A stretch of 64,000 nucleotides of DNA from Pristiophorus japonicus (Eukaryota): assembly GCF_044704955.1 (NCBI RefSeq), contig NC_091984.1, positions 179,304,001 through 179,368,000 of the forward strand, in the 5' to 3' direction. Of the stretch, positions 1-12,012 are shown one piece after another. Every line of letters begins with the position of its first letter. Position 1 is the first letter of the stretch. The notes beneath the pieces are model-generated. The model had not been told where the DNA came from, did no database searches, and saw only the letters and a list, made by a program, of their open reading frames with translations. The position numbers and the translations under genes were made by a program.

Positions 1-279
1 TTTGTGCTAGGTATGACTCCAGCCAGGTGAAAGTATTTCCCCTGATTCTCATTCACTTCAATTTTACTCCGGGTTTTGTAAATCTTTCCACTCTTGTTCA
101 TGTTTAAAAGTTAAAGTTAAAGTAAAATGTTTACAGAGAAATTGAAGCAATAAACAATTCCACATAGATATTTTTTAGAACTGCAAAAGATGTTACATCT
201 TCTATAAATGTATTTTATTTATCTTTAACAGTTAACGGTTTAAATTTCTTGTAATAAATAGCATTTGAATTTGAATTGA

Positions 280-512
280 TCAATGTCCGGGCATTGCAGC
301 CTCAGGAGTCGACGAGTTGCGTGAAAGTCAGCTCCACAAGCGTTGTCTGACAGACCTGCCCTGCTGGGCAGTTGTCTCCTGTAGAGGTTCATCCCTCTGC
401 TTGGGTCCCCATGGCAAAATATCTTATCTCTCCATCGGCTCGTCTACAAGGCTATTGAGATCGAGATCTTCTGCCAATGCAAAGTTCTGCAGACTGCAGA
501 AAATCAGCACAA
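280..512 (-). mobile_element. Degenerate PIF/Harbinger transposase 3' relic (paralog of 60000-60240)
   Basis: Colinear with 59995-60240, which continues into a recognisable Harbinger C-terminal motif. Confidence 0.55.
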
Positions 513-513
513 T

Positions 514-2222
514 CCTATCAGCCTATCCTTCTATTCCTTTCTCGCTCATGTGCGTATCCAGCTTCCCTTTAATTGCATCTGTGCTTTTTATCTCAATTGC
601 TCCTTGAGGGAGCGTGTTTCATATTCATACCACTCTGGAGAAAGGAATAGAAGGATAGGCTGATAGGGTTAAATGGCGCAGGGTGGGAGGAGGCTCAAGT
701 GAAGTTATGTTTCAAGTTTCCGCTCAAATTCATTTGCATAATCAGAACCCATCATCATAGGCAGTTTCTTCTGAATTCCTTATTGGATATATTAGTGGCT
801 CTTATATTTATAACCTCCAGTTTTGGACTCTCGCACAAACAGAAAAGATTTTATTTGTGTCTATCCTGTCAAACTCTTTCATTAACTTAAAGACATCCAG
901 CAGCTCACCTATTAGTCTTATTTTATCCTAGAGAAAAGAGCCTCAGCCTATTCAGTCTTTCCTGATATGTATATTCTCTTAATTCTGATGTCATCAATAT
1001 GAATATTTTTGTACCTTCGCCAATGCCATTCTATGCTTTTTATACTATGGGGATCATAAATGTCCACAGTACTCAAAGTGTGGTATAATCAAAGAGAATA
1101 AAAATACTGTGGATGCTGGAAATCTGAAATAATAATAGAAAATGCTGGAAATACTGAGCATGTCAGGCAGCATATGTGGAGTGGGAAACAGGGTTCTTAT
1201 TTCAAGTCGATGAAACACTCATCAGAGCTGGAAAAAAGTTAGAGCACGTTTTAAGCAAGTGCAGAGGCAGGGAAAGGGGGAGGGGAGGAAAGAACAAAAA
1301 AGAAGGACTGTAATAAGATGGAATACGGATAATTAAATGACAAATGGAATGATGATTCAAGGCGAAAAGGAGTGGTTATGGGACAATAAAATAAACAAAA
1401 GATGGGTCTAGAGGAGCTGAAAATAAAAATAGCAAAATCATTACCAACAACTGCTGTCCGAAAAAGTGGGAGCAATGGTTATGACCTGAAATAGGTGAAC
1501 TCAACATTGATGACGGAAAGCTGTAAATTACTTAATCATAAAACGAGGTCTAACCAAGATTCGATACAAGTTTAACAAAACTTCTCGTCTTTTCAATTCT
1601 ATCCTTCTAGAAATGAAACCAAGTGCTTGTTTCCATTTATGCCTCATTAACCCGTGTCAATTATTTGAATGGTTTGTGTATATGTACCCCTAGATACCTT
1701 TGCTGCTCTACCACATTCAGACTATTATTATCCAAGCATTATGTAGCCATCTTTATTCTTCCTTCCAAAATACACCACCTCACAGTTATCTCTGATAAAA
1801 TTCATTTGCAAATTACACACCCATTCTGTAAGTCTTCATGTATTTTGCAACATTCTTCCTTTGTATTAACTATATCTCCCAATTTGGTGTTTCAGCCACA
1901 AATTTTGAAATTGTCCTTCCGATTCCTCGGTCCAAATCGTTAATGTAAAATTGTGAACAACAATGGTCGGAGCAACAAACCCTTTGGACATCACTTCCCA
2001 CCTTTTGCCAGACTGATTAACTACCCTAAACCCTCACTGTCTGTTTTCTGTTTTGTAGCCAGCTTGCTAACCATTCTGCGAAATATACCCTGACTTCACA
2101 GGCTCTGACCTTAAATATGAGTCCATTTTGCAGTACCTTATCGAGGACCTTTTGTAAATCCAAAATATTGGATCCACTGAATTTATATTGTTTACTCTTT
2201 CTGTTACTTCTTCAACGAATCC
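514..2222 (-). mobile_element. Old CR1-type LINE 3' portion, interrupted by a Penelope-like fragment
   Basis: Degenerate antisense RT/3' sequence; colinear with 62270-63800. Confidence 0.7.
1098..1547. mobile_element. Penelope-like element terminal fragment
   Basis: 'aaatactgtggatgctggaaatctgaaat...ggcagcatatgtggag' block with a minus-strand CTGATGA..GAAA core; inserted at the same site as 62681-63125. Confidence 0.55.
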
Positions 2223-2225
2223 ATT

Positions 2226-4446
2226 GGGCCATCAATTGCGGCATCTCAGGGAGAGTACAATTGGTGTACATACGATGTGTGTACGCACCCAAAGAGGGCT
2301 CAAAAGTGATGACTCTTGGCATGTGAAGTGCTAACACTGAGAATTGGAATTTGCAATCTGTGAGAATTTTGACCGATCGCCGCAACCCAGAAGACGGCCA
2401 CTTGCGGGCCGAGATTTCAGCTATTTGCCCAACTCCTGCCCAGTAAATGTCCTTCAAACTCTTATGCCTGGAAAAAGCAGGTGTATAACGTACTTTTAAC
2501 GTACTCCGAAAGTTGAAGTTCCAATTATTATGAATGAGAACCCCCACCAAACAACCAAAACACGAATAAAAAACAGCCTAACATCTGTAGTTAGGAAAAT
2601 GTTGGAGTCCAATATTAAAGGAGCAGTAGCAGGACACTTGGAAAAGCAAAATTAGGTCAGGTAGATTCAGCATGGTGTTATGAAGGGCAAGTCATGTTTG
2701 ACAAATTTTCTGGAATTCTTTGTGGATGTAACGAACAGGGTGGATTAAGGGAAACCAGCGGATGTGGTGTATTTGGACTTTTAGAAAGCATGTGACAAGG
2801 TGCCACATAAAAAGTTATGCAAAAGATAAAAGTTTACGGGGTTGGGGAAAATATATGAGCATGGATAGATGATTGGTTAACTAATAGAAAACAGAGAGTC
2901 GGGAAAAATGGTTCATTCTCGGGTTGGCAATCAATAACTAGTGGGGTGCCGCAGGGATCAGAGCTGGGAGCCCAACTATTTGCAATCTATATGAATGACC
3001 TGGAAGAAGGGACCGAGTGAAACGTAGCCAAGTTTTCTGACGATACAAAGATGGGAGGGAGCTCAATGTGCGAGGAGGACACAAAAAATCTGCAAAAGGA
3101 CATAGACAGGCTAATTCAGTGGCAAAAATTTGGCAGATGGCTTATAATGTAGGAAAGTGTGAGGTCATGCACTTAGGCAGAAAAAAAAATCAAAGAGCAA
3201 GTTATATTTAAATGGAGAAAGATTGCAAAGTGCTGCAGTACAGCGGGACCTGGGGGTACTTGTGTATGAAACACAAAAGGATAGTATGCAGGTACAGCAA
3301 ATGATCAGGAAAGCCAATGGAATCTTGGCATTTATTGCAAAGGGGATGGAGTCTAAAAGCAGGGAAGTCTTGCTACGGTTATACAGGGTATTGGTGAGGC
3401 CACACCTGGAATAATGCATACAGTTTTGATTTCCATATTTACAAAAGGATATACTTGCTTTGGAGACAGTTCAGAGAAGGTTCACTAGGTTGATTCCGGA
3501 GATGATCAGTTTGATTTATGAGAAAAGATTGAGTAGGTTGGGCCTCTACTCATTGGAATTCAGAAGAATGAGAGGTGATCTTATCAAAACGTATAAGCTT
3601 ATGAGGGGGCTTGACAAGGTGGATGCAGAGAGGATGTTTCCACTGATGGGGAGACAGAACTAGCGGGCATAATCTTCGAATAAGGAGCCACCCATTTAAA
3701 ACTGAGATGAGGAGAAATGTCTTCTCTCAGAGGGTTGTAAATCTGTGGAATTCGCAGCCTCAGAGAGCTGTGGAAGCTGGGTCATTGAATAAATTTAAGA
3801 CAGAGATAGATAGATTCTCAAACGATAAGGGGATAAGGGGTTACGGGGAGCGGGCAGGGAAATGGAGCTCAATCAATGATCAGAACAGCCATGATCGTAT
3901 TAAATGGCGGAGCAGGCTCTCGGGGCCATATGACCTACTCCTGCTCCTATTTCTTATGTTCTTATGTTCTTATGTACTTAACATATACACCACATATATA
4001 AGATTCATTTAAATTAAATATATTAATATCTTATAAAAAAATATATTTTCTCTATTTTTTAAAATGCTTTTAAAATTATGCCTTAAAATAAACTTACCAT
4101 AGTTGGGAGGGTTTTTAACAATAAAATATGTTTTCATAACTTTTATTTTAATATGTTTTTGTGTGTTTTAAAGCACTCGCACCTGTGAAAGAAGGCTATG
4201 TACCTGCTTTTATCAGGTGCAAGATTTTGAGGACATCTGCTGGGCAAGATATGCGTACATAAGGCAACCTTGCCCTTGGAAATGTCCGTGCTCCTATTCT
4301 TGCTACGATCTGTGAAGCTCCAGCTTGACAGGTTGGAAAAGCTGATTTTCAGCACATATGCATTGGGCACAGAAAGCCAGCTTTTCCGATGCTTTCCCCG
4401 GTCCGTAAAAACTTCGTATGGTCCGGGATGTCAGAATTTCTGGCCC
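2226..4446. mobile_element. Non-autonomous Harbinger-type element (MITE) with nested CR1
   Basis: Ends GGGCCATCAATT / AATTTCTGGCCC, flanked by ATT on both sides; internal hairpin at about 4336-4386. Confidence 0.6.
2576..3974 (+). mobile_element. 5'-truncated CR1 LINE (RT fragment plus 3' UTR)
   Basis: RT motifs (QRDLGV, LVRPHLE, RRMRGDLI); (TTCTTATG)n tail at 3951-3974. Confidence 0.93.
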
Positions 4447-4449
4447 ATT

Positions 4450-5110
4450 AATATGTGTTTTTTAAATGTTATTTATTATATTTCTGCATGTTTTTAAACT
4501 CATGCGTGTAAAAGGAGGCTATATGTCTGCTTTTTTCAGGCACAAGAATTTTGAGGGCCTTTGCTGTGCAATATTTGGGCAAATTCCGCAATCTCGCCCT
4601 TGCAAATGTCCTCACACCCGATATGCGGACAGAACGGAAAAGTCGCTTTTAACTGCATGCGCATTGTGCGCTGAAAACCAGCTTTTGTGGTGTCTTCCTG
4701 GGACTGTAGACACTCAGTACGGACCCGGGGGAGACCAGGATTAAAACCTGTCCATTAAGGTAACTTTGGTTATAACTCTATTATAACCTATTTAAAAAAA
4801 AATGAAAGAATCATTTATTTTCTAAAATATTTAATTATATTCAATTTAATTTAATTTTTATATGTGTGGTCTTTCTTTTATTTATTATGTTGTCTTTCTG
4901 TAATTTAGGGGGTATTCTCTTTGATAGTAATGGGAGCACGTACAAACGGAGCTCCCATTATTATGAATGAGATTAATCCACGTTCATTGGTGATCCAGTC
5001 CCACGTGATGTCAGGTTGCGCTTACGATCCTGGGATTTGGATGCTGGGATGCTGGACTACGAATCTCGGCCTGCCTCAGACTGTAAGCATACATTCCTCC
5101 CTGATCACCA
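4450..5110. mobile_element. Further fragments of the same Harbinger-MITE family, one direct and one inverted
   Basis: 4450-4740 resembles 4148-4440; 4741-5050 resembles the reverse complement of 60880-61160. Confidence 0.5.
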
Positions 5111-5129
5111 GGTTCTTTCGGATTATTAT

Positions 5130-5820
5130 TAAATCCGCTTCCACTACACTTGCAGGTGATGCCTTCCAGATCACGATAACTAGCAGGGTAAAAAAAATCA
5201 CCTCACCTCCCCCCCACTCCCGCTATTGTTTACCAATTATCTTGAATCTGTGACAGTCTGCTTACCGGCCCTCAAGCCAGTGGAAGCAGGTTTTGATTCC
5301 TACTCTATCAAATCCCTCATAATTTTGAACAGCTCTAATAAATCTTCCCTTAACCTTCTTTGCTCTAAGGAGAAACATCCCAGCATCCCTATTCTCTCCG
5401 CATAACTATATTATCCAACGTCTGGTAGCATTCTCGTAAATCTCTTTTACAACGCCTTGATATCCTTTCGAAAGTGTGGTGCCCAGAATTCGATACAGTA
5501 CACTAGCTGAGGTCCAACCAGTCTTTTATAAAGGCGTGCCATCGTTTCTTTGCTTTTGCATCCTAAGCCTATATGTATATACTTGTTCAACAGCTTTAGC
5601 AACTTTCCTTACCACCTTCACAGATTTTTGAATTCGAACCCCCTTGTCTCATTGTTCCTGCACCCTTTAAAATTGTACCATTTCGTTTATACTGTCTCTC
5701 CTCATTTTATTCCCAACATGTATCACTTCATACTTCTCTGCATTAAATTTCATCTGTCATGAGTCTGTCTATATCCTCCTAACATCTGCTACTATCCTCT
5801 GCATTTTTTATTACGTTTCC
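5130..5820 (-). mobile_element. Old CR1-type LINE fragment
   Basis: Degenerate antisense RT C-terminal sequence (gtggtgcccagaattcgatacagtac). Confidence 0.6.
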
Positions 5821-6512
5821 ATGCTATGTGTGCTTCCACAAATGTAACTGGCCAAAAACTGCAGTTGGAGCATAATCATTTATACTGTACTTTGGAATCA
5901 GGCCCTGTGACTGTTTCCAAAAGACATCAACTTTCTTTACGTAATTGCTGGGCAGTTGGTGGGCAAACAGCCCAACTCTGCACCAGCAATTAAATGTCAG
6001 AGCGGATGGGCTCTCAACGCATGCAAGTGCATGTGCAAATCTTGAACTTACAGTGGATTTCAAAGGCAGTTTGAAGGTGTACTCTGAGAGGACGTCTTCA
6101 TATCCAGGAAATTTCACATCAATCGACAAAGCTTAAATCGTCGTGGACGATAGCATCTAACCTATTTTTTTTTGTAGTACAATACCTTACCCTTTCGTTG
6201 GCTAAATAGAATATCGATACAACAGAACAATGTCCAACATTACAGCTTACACACTTGCATCCCATGTGAATGGAATCGATGAACGAAGGGAAGCTCTTTG
6301 AATTCTATTCTAAAAAGTACAACCGGTTCAATTGCGCGAGATACCTGGAAATGGAATTGAATAACTGCCTTCTTAGTGTAAAAACAGATGCTCTAAACAG
6401 AGCGAGATCTCAAAATACCGAAAGTAATAACGTGTAATAACATTATTAACGCTCTAGCACATAACAAACAACTGCTAATAGATAGAGGTCCAGCAATATA
6501 TCTGTGACTAAT

Positions 6513-6680
6513 TACATAGAATGTACAGCACAGAAACAGGCGATTCGGCCCAAGCAGTCCATGCCGGCGTTTCTGCTCACCTCGAGCCTCCTCCCATCCG
6601 TCTTCACCTTATTTTACAGCGTAACACTCTATTCCCTAATCCCTTATATGCTTATGTAGCTTCCCCTTAAATGCGTCTGT
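6513..6680 (-). mobile_element. CR1-type 3' end fragment
   Basis: tacatagaatgtacagcacagaaacagg tail; same family as 14130-14565. Confidence 0.6.
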
Positions 6681-7439
6681 ATTTTCGTTGGTCCTTAAAA
6701 AGGTATGAAAAATTATGAGATGGTGTTTTCGACAAGGGTATCGGGCATCAACGTGCTAGATTCTATACCTATGTTCACCATTTTCTTTCCTGAAGATATT
6801 GGTACTGCGGTAAGGAGTCTGCATGACCATGTGCTTGATACCACTAATGTTCTTCACACTGCAGATTCCAGGCAGTGAAGAAATGTGCACGGCACTTTTA
6901 ATAGAGTTACCTCGTTTCCGTGCAAAAGATTTATAAATTAATTGTGCCAGCCAACCGAGTGGTTTGTATCTTGTATGGTGATATTGTGAGCTTCAAGTTG
7001 GGCAATTTTTCATATATCTCTTGTTGCTGCTTGAAATGACCCAGGAGTATAATAACGTATGGCGTACCTTTGATGTAACCGTCACTGTCCTGGGCCAGTT
7101 TCTACGAATAGTGTTGCAAAGTTCCTTTGTGGCCTCTTTAGGGAATAATAAACGTCACATGCAACATTCTTGTAACATACTCAGCAATGATTGTTTTGGC
7201 CTCTATACTGGACTAGGTATTTTTAGCTGGTCGTAGGGGAAAGTACAATATATTTTATGCCTCAATAGAGGATGGAATTTATCATAATTGCACTGTATAA
7301 CATTACATCTCACAGCTGTATCAATGTTTCAATGTATTGACACGTTCGGGCTATGGTTGAAATGTATTCGTAATTAAAAATAGTTTAATGAGTTGTACAA
7401 GATAAAATAATAGAATAATGCTCCAGGACAGTGAATATT

Positions 7440-7728
7440 TGTGCATGTGTGTGTGGGGATGAGTGTGCGGGCACTGTGTGATGTAGTGTGTGTGTGCGGA
7501 GGCGGGGGGGGGGGGGGAGGGGTGCGCATCGTATGTGTGCGTGTATAAGATGGAAGTGGGCAATGGTGTGCATGGGGGGTGTATGTGTGTGAGGAGAGCG
7601 TGTCGGGGCGATGTGTGTGCACAGTGTTTGTGTGTGTGTGGTGTGTGTGGGAGTGGTGGTGTGTGTGAGTGTGGCGGGGGGGGGGGGGGTGCGGGGGGGA
7701 GTGGGGGAGTGGACAAAGTGTGTGGGTG
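7440..7728. repeat. Imperfect (TG)n / poly-G low-complexity tract
   Basis: Seen directly; source of the spurious His/Pro/Thr-rich ORFs. Confidence 0.9.
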
Positions 7729-7995
7729 ACGGGATGTCGATTTAACCCATCTGTCCTAAGTATCGAACAGTATCTTGCCTGTACAGTGAAAAGGTGAGCA
7801 GATGAAATATACAACACTTGCTATATGAGTAAGAAATGTTATCGCGATCTGCTGTGGAAATGTTTGGCTAATGAAAGAGTTTTGGAGAACTTCTTGTTCT
7901 TTTTCCTACATTAGAGAAAGAGCAGTGGCGTAAAGGGTGCAATGAAATGCCGATCTCGGTTAACTGCCCTAAACAGCAATGACTTACTTTAGCAT

Positions 7996-10565
7996 CATAG
8001 AAACATAGAAAACATAGAAAATAGGTGCAGGAGTAGGCCATTCGGCCCTTCGAACCTGCACCGCCATTCAATGAGTTCATGGCTGAACATGCAACTTCAG
8101 TACCCGATTCCTGCTTTCTCGCCATACCCCTTGATCCCCCTAGTAGTAAGGACTACATCTAACTCCTTTTTGAATATATTTAGTGAATTGGCCTCAACAA
8201 CTTTCTGTGGTAGAGAATTCCACAGGTTCACCACTCTCTGGGTGAAAAAGTTTCTCCTCATCTCGGTCCTAAATGACTTGCCCCTTATCCTTAGACTGTG
8301 ACCCCTGGTTCTGGACTTCCCCAACATTATGAACATTCTTCCTGCATCTAACCTGTCTAAACCCGTCAGAATTTTAAACATTTCTATGAGATCCCCTCTC
8401 ATTCTTCTGATCTCGTGAATACAAGCCCAGTTGATCCAGTCTTTCTTGATAGGTCAGTCCTGCCATCCCGCAAATCAGTGTGGTGAACCTTCGCTGCTCT
8501 CCCTCAATAACAAGAATGTCTTTCCTCAAGTTAGGAGACCAGAACTGTACACAATACTTCAGGTGTGGCCTCACCAAGGCCCTGTACAACTGTAGTAACA
8601 CCTCCCTGCCCCTGTACTCAAATCCCCTCTCTATGAAGGCTAACATGCCATTTGCTTTCTTAACCACCCGCTGTACCTGCATGCCAACCTTCAATGACTG
8701 ATGTACCATGACACCCAGGTCTCGTTGCACCTCCCCTTTTCCTAATCTGTCACCATTCAGATAATAGCCTGTCTCTCTGTTTTTATCACCAAAGTGCATA
8801 ACCTCACATTTATCCACATTATACTTTATCTGCCATGGATTTGCCCATTCACCTAACCTATCCAAGTCATTCTGCAGCCTCATAGCATCCTCCTCGCAGC
8901 TCACACTGCCACCCAACTTAGTGTCATCCACAAATTTGGAGATACTACATTTAATTCCCTCGTCTAAATCATTAATGTACAATGTAAGCAGCTGGGCCCC
9001 CAGCACAGAAACCTACGGTCCCCCACTAGTCACTGCCTGCCATTCTGAAAAGTACCCATTTACTCCTACTCTTTGCTTCCTGTCTGCCAGCCAGTTCTCA
9101 ATCCACGTCAGCACACTACCCCCAATCCCATGTGCTTTAACTTTGCACATTAATCTCTTGGGTGGGACCTTGTCGAAAGCCTTCTGATAGTTCAAATACA
9201 CCACATCAACTGGTTCTCCCTTGTCCACGCTACTGGAAACATCCTCAAAAAATTCCATAAGATCTGTCAAGCATGATTTCCCTTTCACAAATCCATGATG
9301 ACTTGGACCTATCATGTCACCTCTTTCCAAATGCGCTGCTATGATATCCTTAATAATTGATTCCATCATTTTAGCCACTACCGATGTCAGGCTGGCCGGT
9401 CTATAATTTGCTATTTTCTCTCTCCCTCCTTTTTTAAAAAGTGGTGTTACATTGGCTACCCTCCACTCCATAGGAACTGATGCAGAATCTATGGAATGTT
9501 GGAAAATGACTCGCAATGCATCCGCTATTTCATAGGCCACCTCATTAAGTACTCTGGGATGCAGACCTTCAGGACCTGGGGATTTATCGGCCTTCAATCC
9601 CATCAATTTTCCCAACACAATTTCACAACTAATAAGGATTTCCCTCAGTTCCTCCTTCTTACTAGACCCTCTGATGCCTTTTATATCCGGAAGGTTGTTT
9701 GTGTCCTCCTTAGTGAATATCGAACCAAAGTACTTGTTCAATTGGCCTGCCATTTCTTTGTTCCCCGTTATGACTTCCCCTAATTCTGATTGCAGGGGAC
9801 CTACGTTTGTCTTTACTAACGTTTTTCTCTTTAAATATCTATCGAAGCTTTTGCAGTCCGTTTTAATGTTCCCTGCAAGCTTCTTGTACTCTATTTTCCC
9901 TGCCCTAATCAAAATCTTTTTCCTCCTCTGCTGAGTTCTAAATTTCTCCCAGTCCCCGGGTTCGCTGCTATTTCTGACCAATTTGTATCCCACTTCCTTG
10001 GTTTTAATACTATCCCTGATTTCCCTTGATAGCCACGGTTGAGCCATCTTCCCTTTTTTATTTTTACGCCAGACAGGGATGTACAATTGTTGTAGTTCAT
10101 CCATGCGGTCTCTAAATGCCTGCCATTCCACTGTCAACCCCTTAAGTATCATTCGCTAATCTATCCTAGCCAATTCACGTCTCATACCTTCAAAGTTACC
10201 ATTCTTTAAATTCAGGACCATGGTCTCTGAATTAACTGTTTCATTCTCCATCCTAATGTAGAATTCCACCATATTATGGTCACTCTTCCCCAAGGGTCCT
10301 CGCACAACGAGATTGCTAATTAATCCTCTCTCATTGCACAATACCCAGTCTAAGATGGCCTCCCCCCTAGTTGGTTCCTCGACATATTGGTCTAGAAAAC
10401 CATCCCTTATGCAGTCCAGGAAATCCTCCTCCACCGTATTGCTTCCAGTTTGGTTAGCCCAATCTATATACATATTAAAGTCACCCATGATAACTGCTGC
10501 ACCTTTATTGCATGCACCCCTGATTTCCTGTTTGATGCCCTCCCCAACATCACTACTACTGTTTG
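7996..10565 (-). mobile_element. Young CR1 LINE, 5'-truncated within the endonuclease, frameshifted ORF2
   Basis: ORFs 10156-10596 (IMGDFN, SDH), 9013-10152, 8374-9006 (FVDD), 8097-8402; (CATAGAAA)n tail at 7996. Confidence 0.96.
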
Positions 10566-11310
10566 TGCCCAATGTAAGCGAAATCTGTTGGCTCACCTAG
10601 TTCACGCTCTTCTGTGCAATGAAGCAAGTTAATCCTCAATGCACCTCCAGAATATGTATCAGTTCGTGTTCCCAGACCATCGCCTGCCAGGAGCGCGGCT
10701 ACTACAATCTCCACTCTGGGCCATTCGATAGGTCTCTATAGTGAGCATTAATATTAATGCAATACTTTCGCTAAAAAAAACACTCACCTTTAAAACTTAA
10801 AAAAAGCTGCAGCGTTTAAAGCTGCTTTCGGAGAACTAGTTTACGGAATATTAACAACTATTATTTATTGACCTTTTTGGATTTTTAAAGATGAGTTCTT
10901 CCTGGTCGATGAATGTTAAAAATGGAATCGAAATCATTAAGACATGTTTTCATAGAAGAATACGGAGATATGGGATATGGCACACTTTGTTCGCAGCCTC
11001 CAGTTGTCTTAGTGCAGTGGGTGAATCACTGCAGCTTGATATATCTTTCGATTGAATAAAGACGCATTGGGTCAAATTGCACTGTGTACTTTTGCTATAT
11101 CTACCTTTCAGGTTTGTCTGAAATTAATTTGGTCGTCATTTTAACAGGTTTTAAATAGTGTTATGTCTCTGTTAAATAGCAGCCAATGGAATTTCACATG
11201 AACTCATTCAATGTCCTCATGCTAAGATGGACAACGTAATTTTATCTCAACTGTTTCCGCATGTCGGGATGGGGTCGAGTATTTTTTTTAAATTGGCTGA
11301 AATTCACTTT

Positions 11311-11390
11311 ATGCAAAGATTAATCAGATCAATTCCAAGGATCCAATAAACGGTTGGGACGTGACATAAAGTTGCATACATATTAAATTC
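11311..11390 (+). promoter_or_regulatory. IgL V promoter with mutated octamer
   Basis: AGTTGCAT at 11370-11377 aligns with ATTTGCAT in unit 2; CCAAT at 11343; ATGCAAAG at 11311; about 130 nt upstream of the leader ATG. Confidence 0.7.
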
Positions 11391-11502
11391 GACGTAATAT
11401 CCCCTTTGTAATGTGCTCTTAAGGAACTTTGCAAGGTGTCGGATCATTAGGTTCGTGCAGGGAAATATTTTGTTCTGACCTTGATTTTTAAAAAACTACA
11501 AA

Positions 11503-12012
11503 ATGAATGAGTGGTTTCGTGTTCTCGACACCCTCATGCTCTGTTTGCATAAGTACAGGGCTGTAAAGATATTCAATATTCCCGCTCTTTGTATTACGCT
11601 GATCGGGGGCCGTACTTGAGATTCACCGGTCTGAATTACAATTATTTTCCGCGCTTTATTGAGGGTCATTGATCTGCAACTTTTTATTTCTCCAGGTACT
11701 CAGTCAGCGTCTCAACTTCACTGGGAAAAAACGTTAAAATCACTTTCACCCTGTCCGGAGACAGCATGTGTAGCTATTACACAAGTTGGTACAGGGAGAA
11801 ACCCTGCAGTGCCCCTGCCTTTGTTTGGAGCGACTATGATTCGAGTAGAGGTGCGGGTATTCCTGATCGATTTACTGGATCCAGAGACATGTCGAGCAAC
11901 GTCATGCATTTAACCATCAGCAATTTACAATCCGGGGATGACGCTGGTTATTACTCTGGTGCCTGGGATGGTAAATTCACTTCCGGGAAAGGAACTAAAC
12001 TGAGTTTGGCCA
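11503..12012 (+). pseudogene. IGLV: Ig lambda (type II) germline-joined leader-VJ pseudogene, cluster 1
   Basis: Leader 11503-11551 MNEWFRVLDTLMLCLH with damaged donor. VJ exon 11696-12012 reads ...YYTSWYREKP...IPDRFTGS...LTISNLQSGDDAGYYSGAWDGKFTSGKGTKLSLA. Lesions: 21-nt and 4-nt deletions in FR1, both canonical Cys lost (TTC, TCT), FGxG changed to SGKG, J donor reads ATAAAT. Confidence 0.93.

Noticed and set aside
7351-7817. His/Pro/Thr-rich and Cys/Val/Gly-rich ORFs
   Set aside because: Translations of the TG/poly-G low-complexity tract
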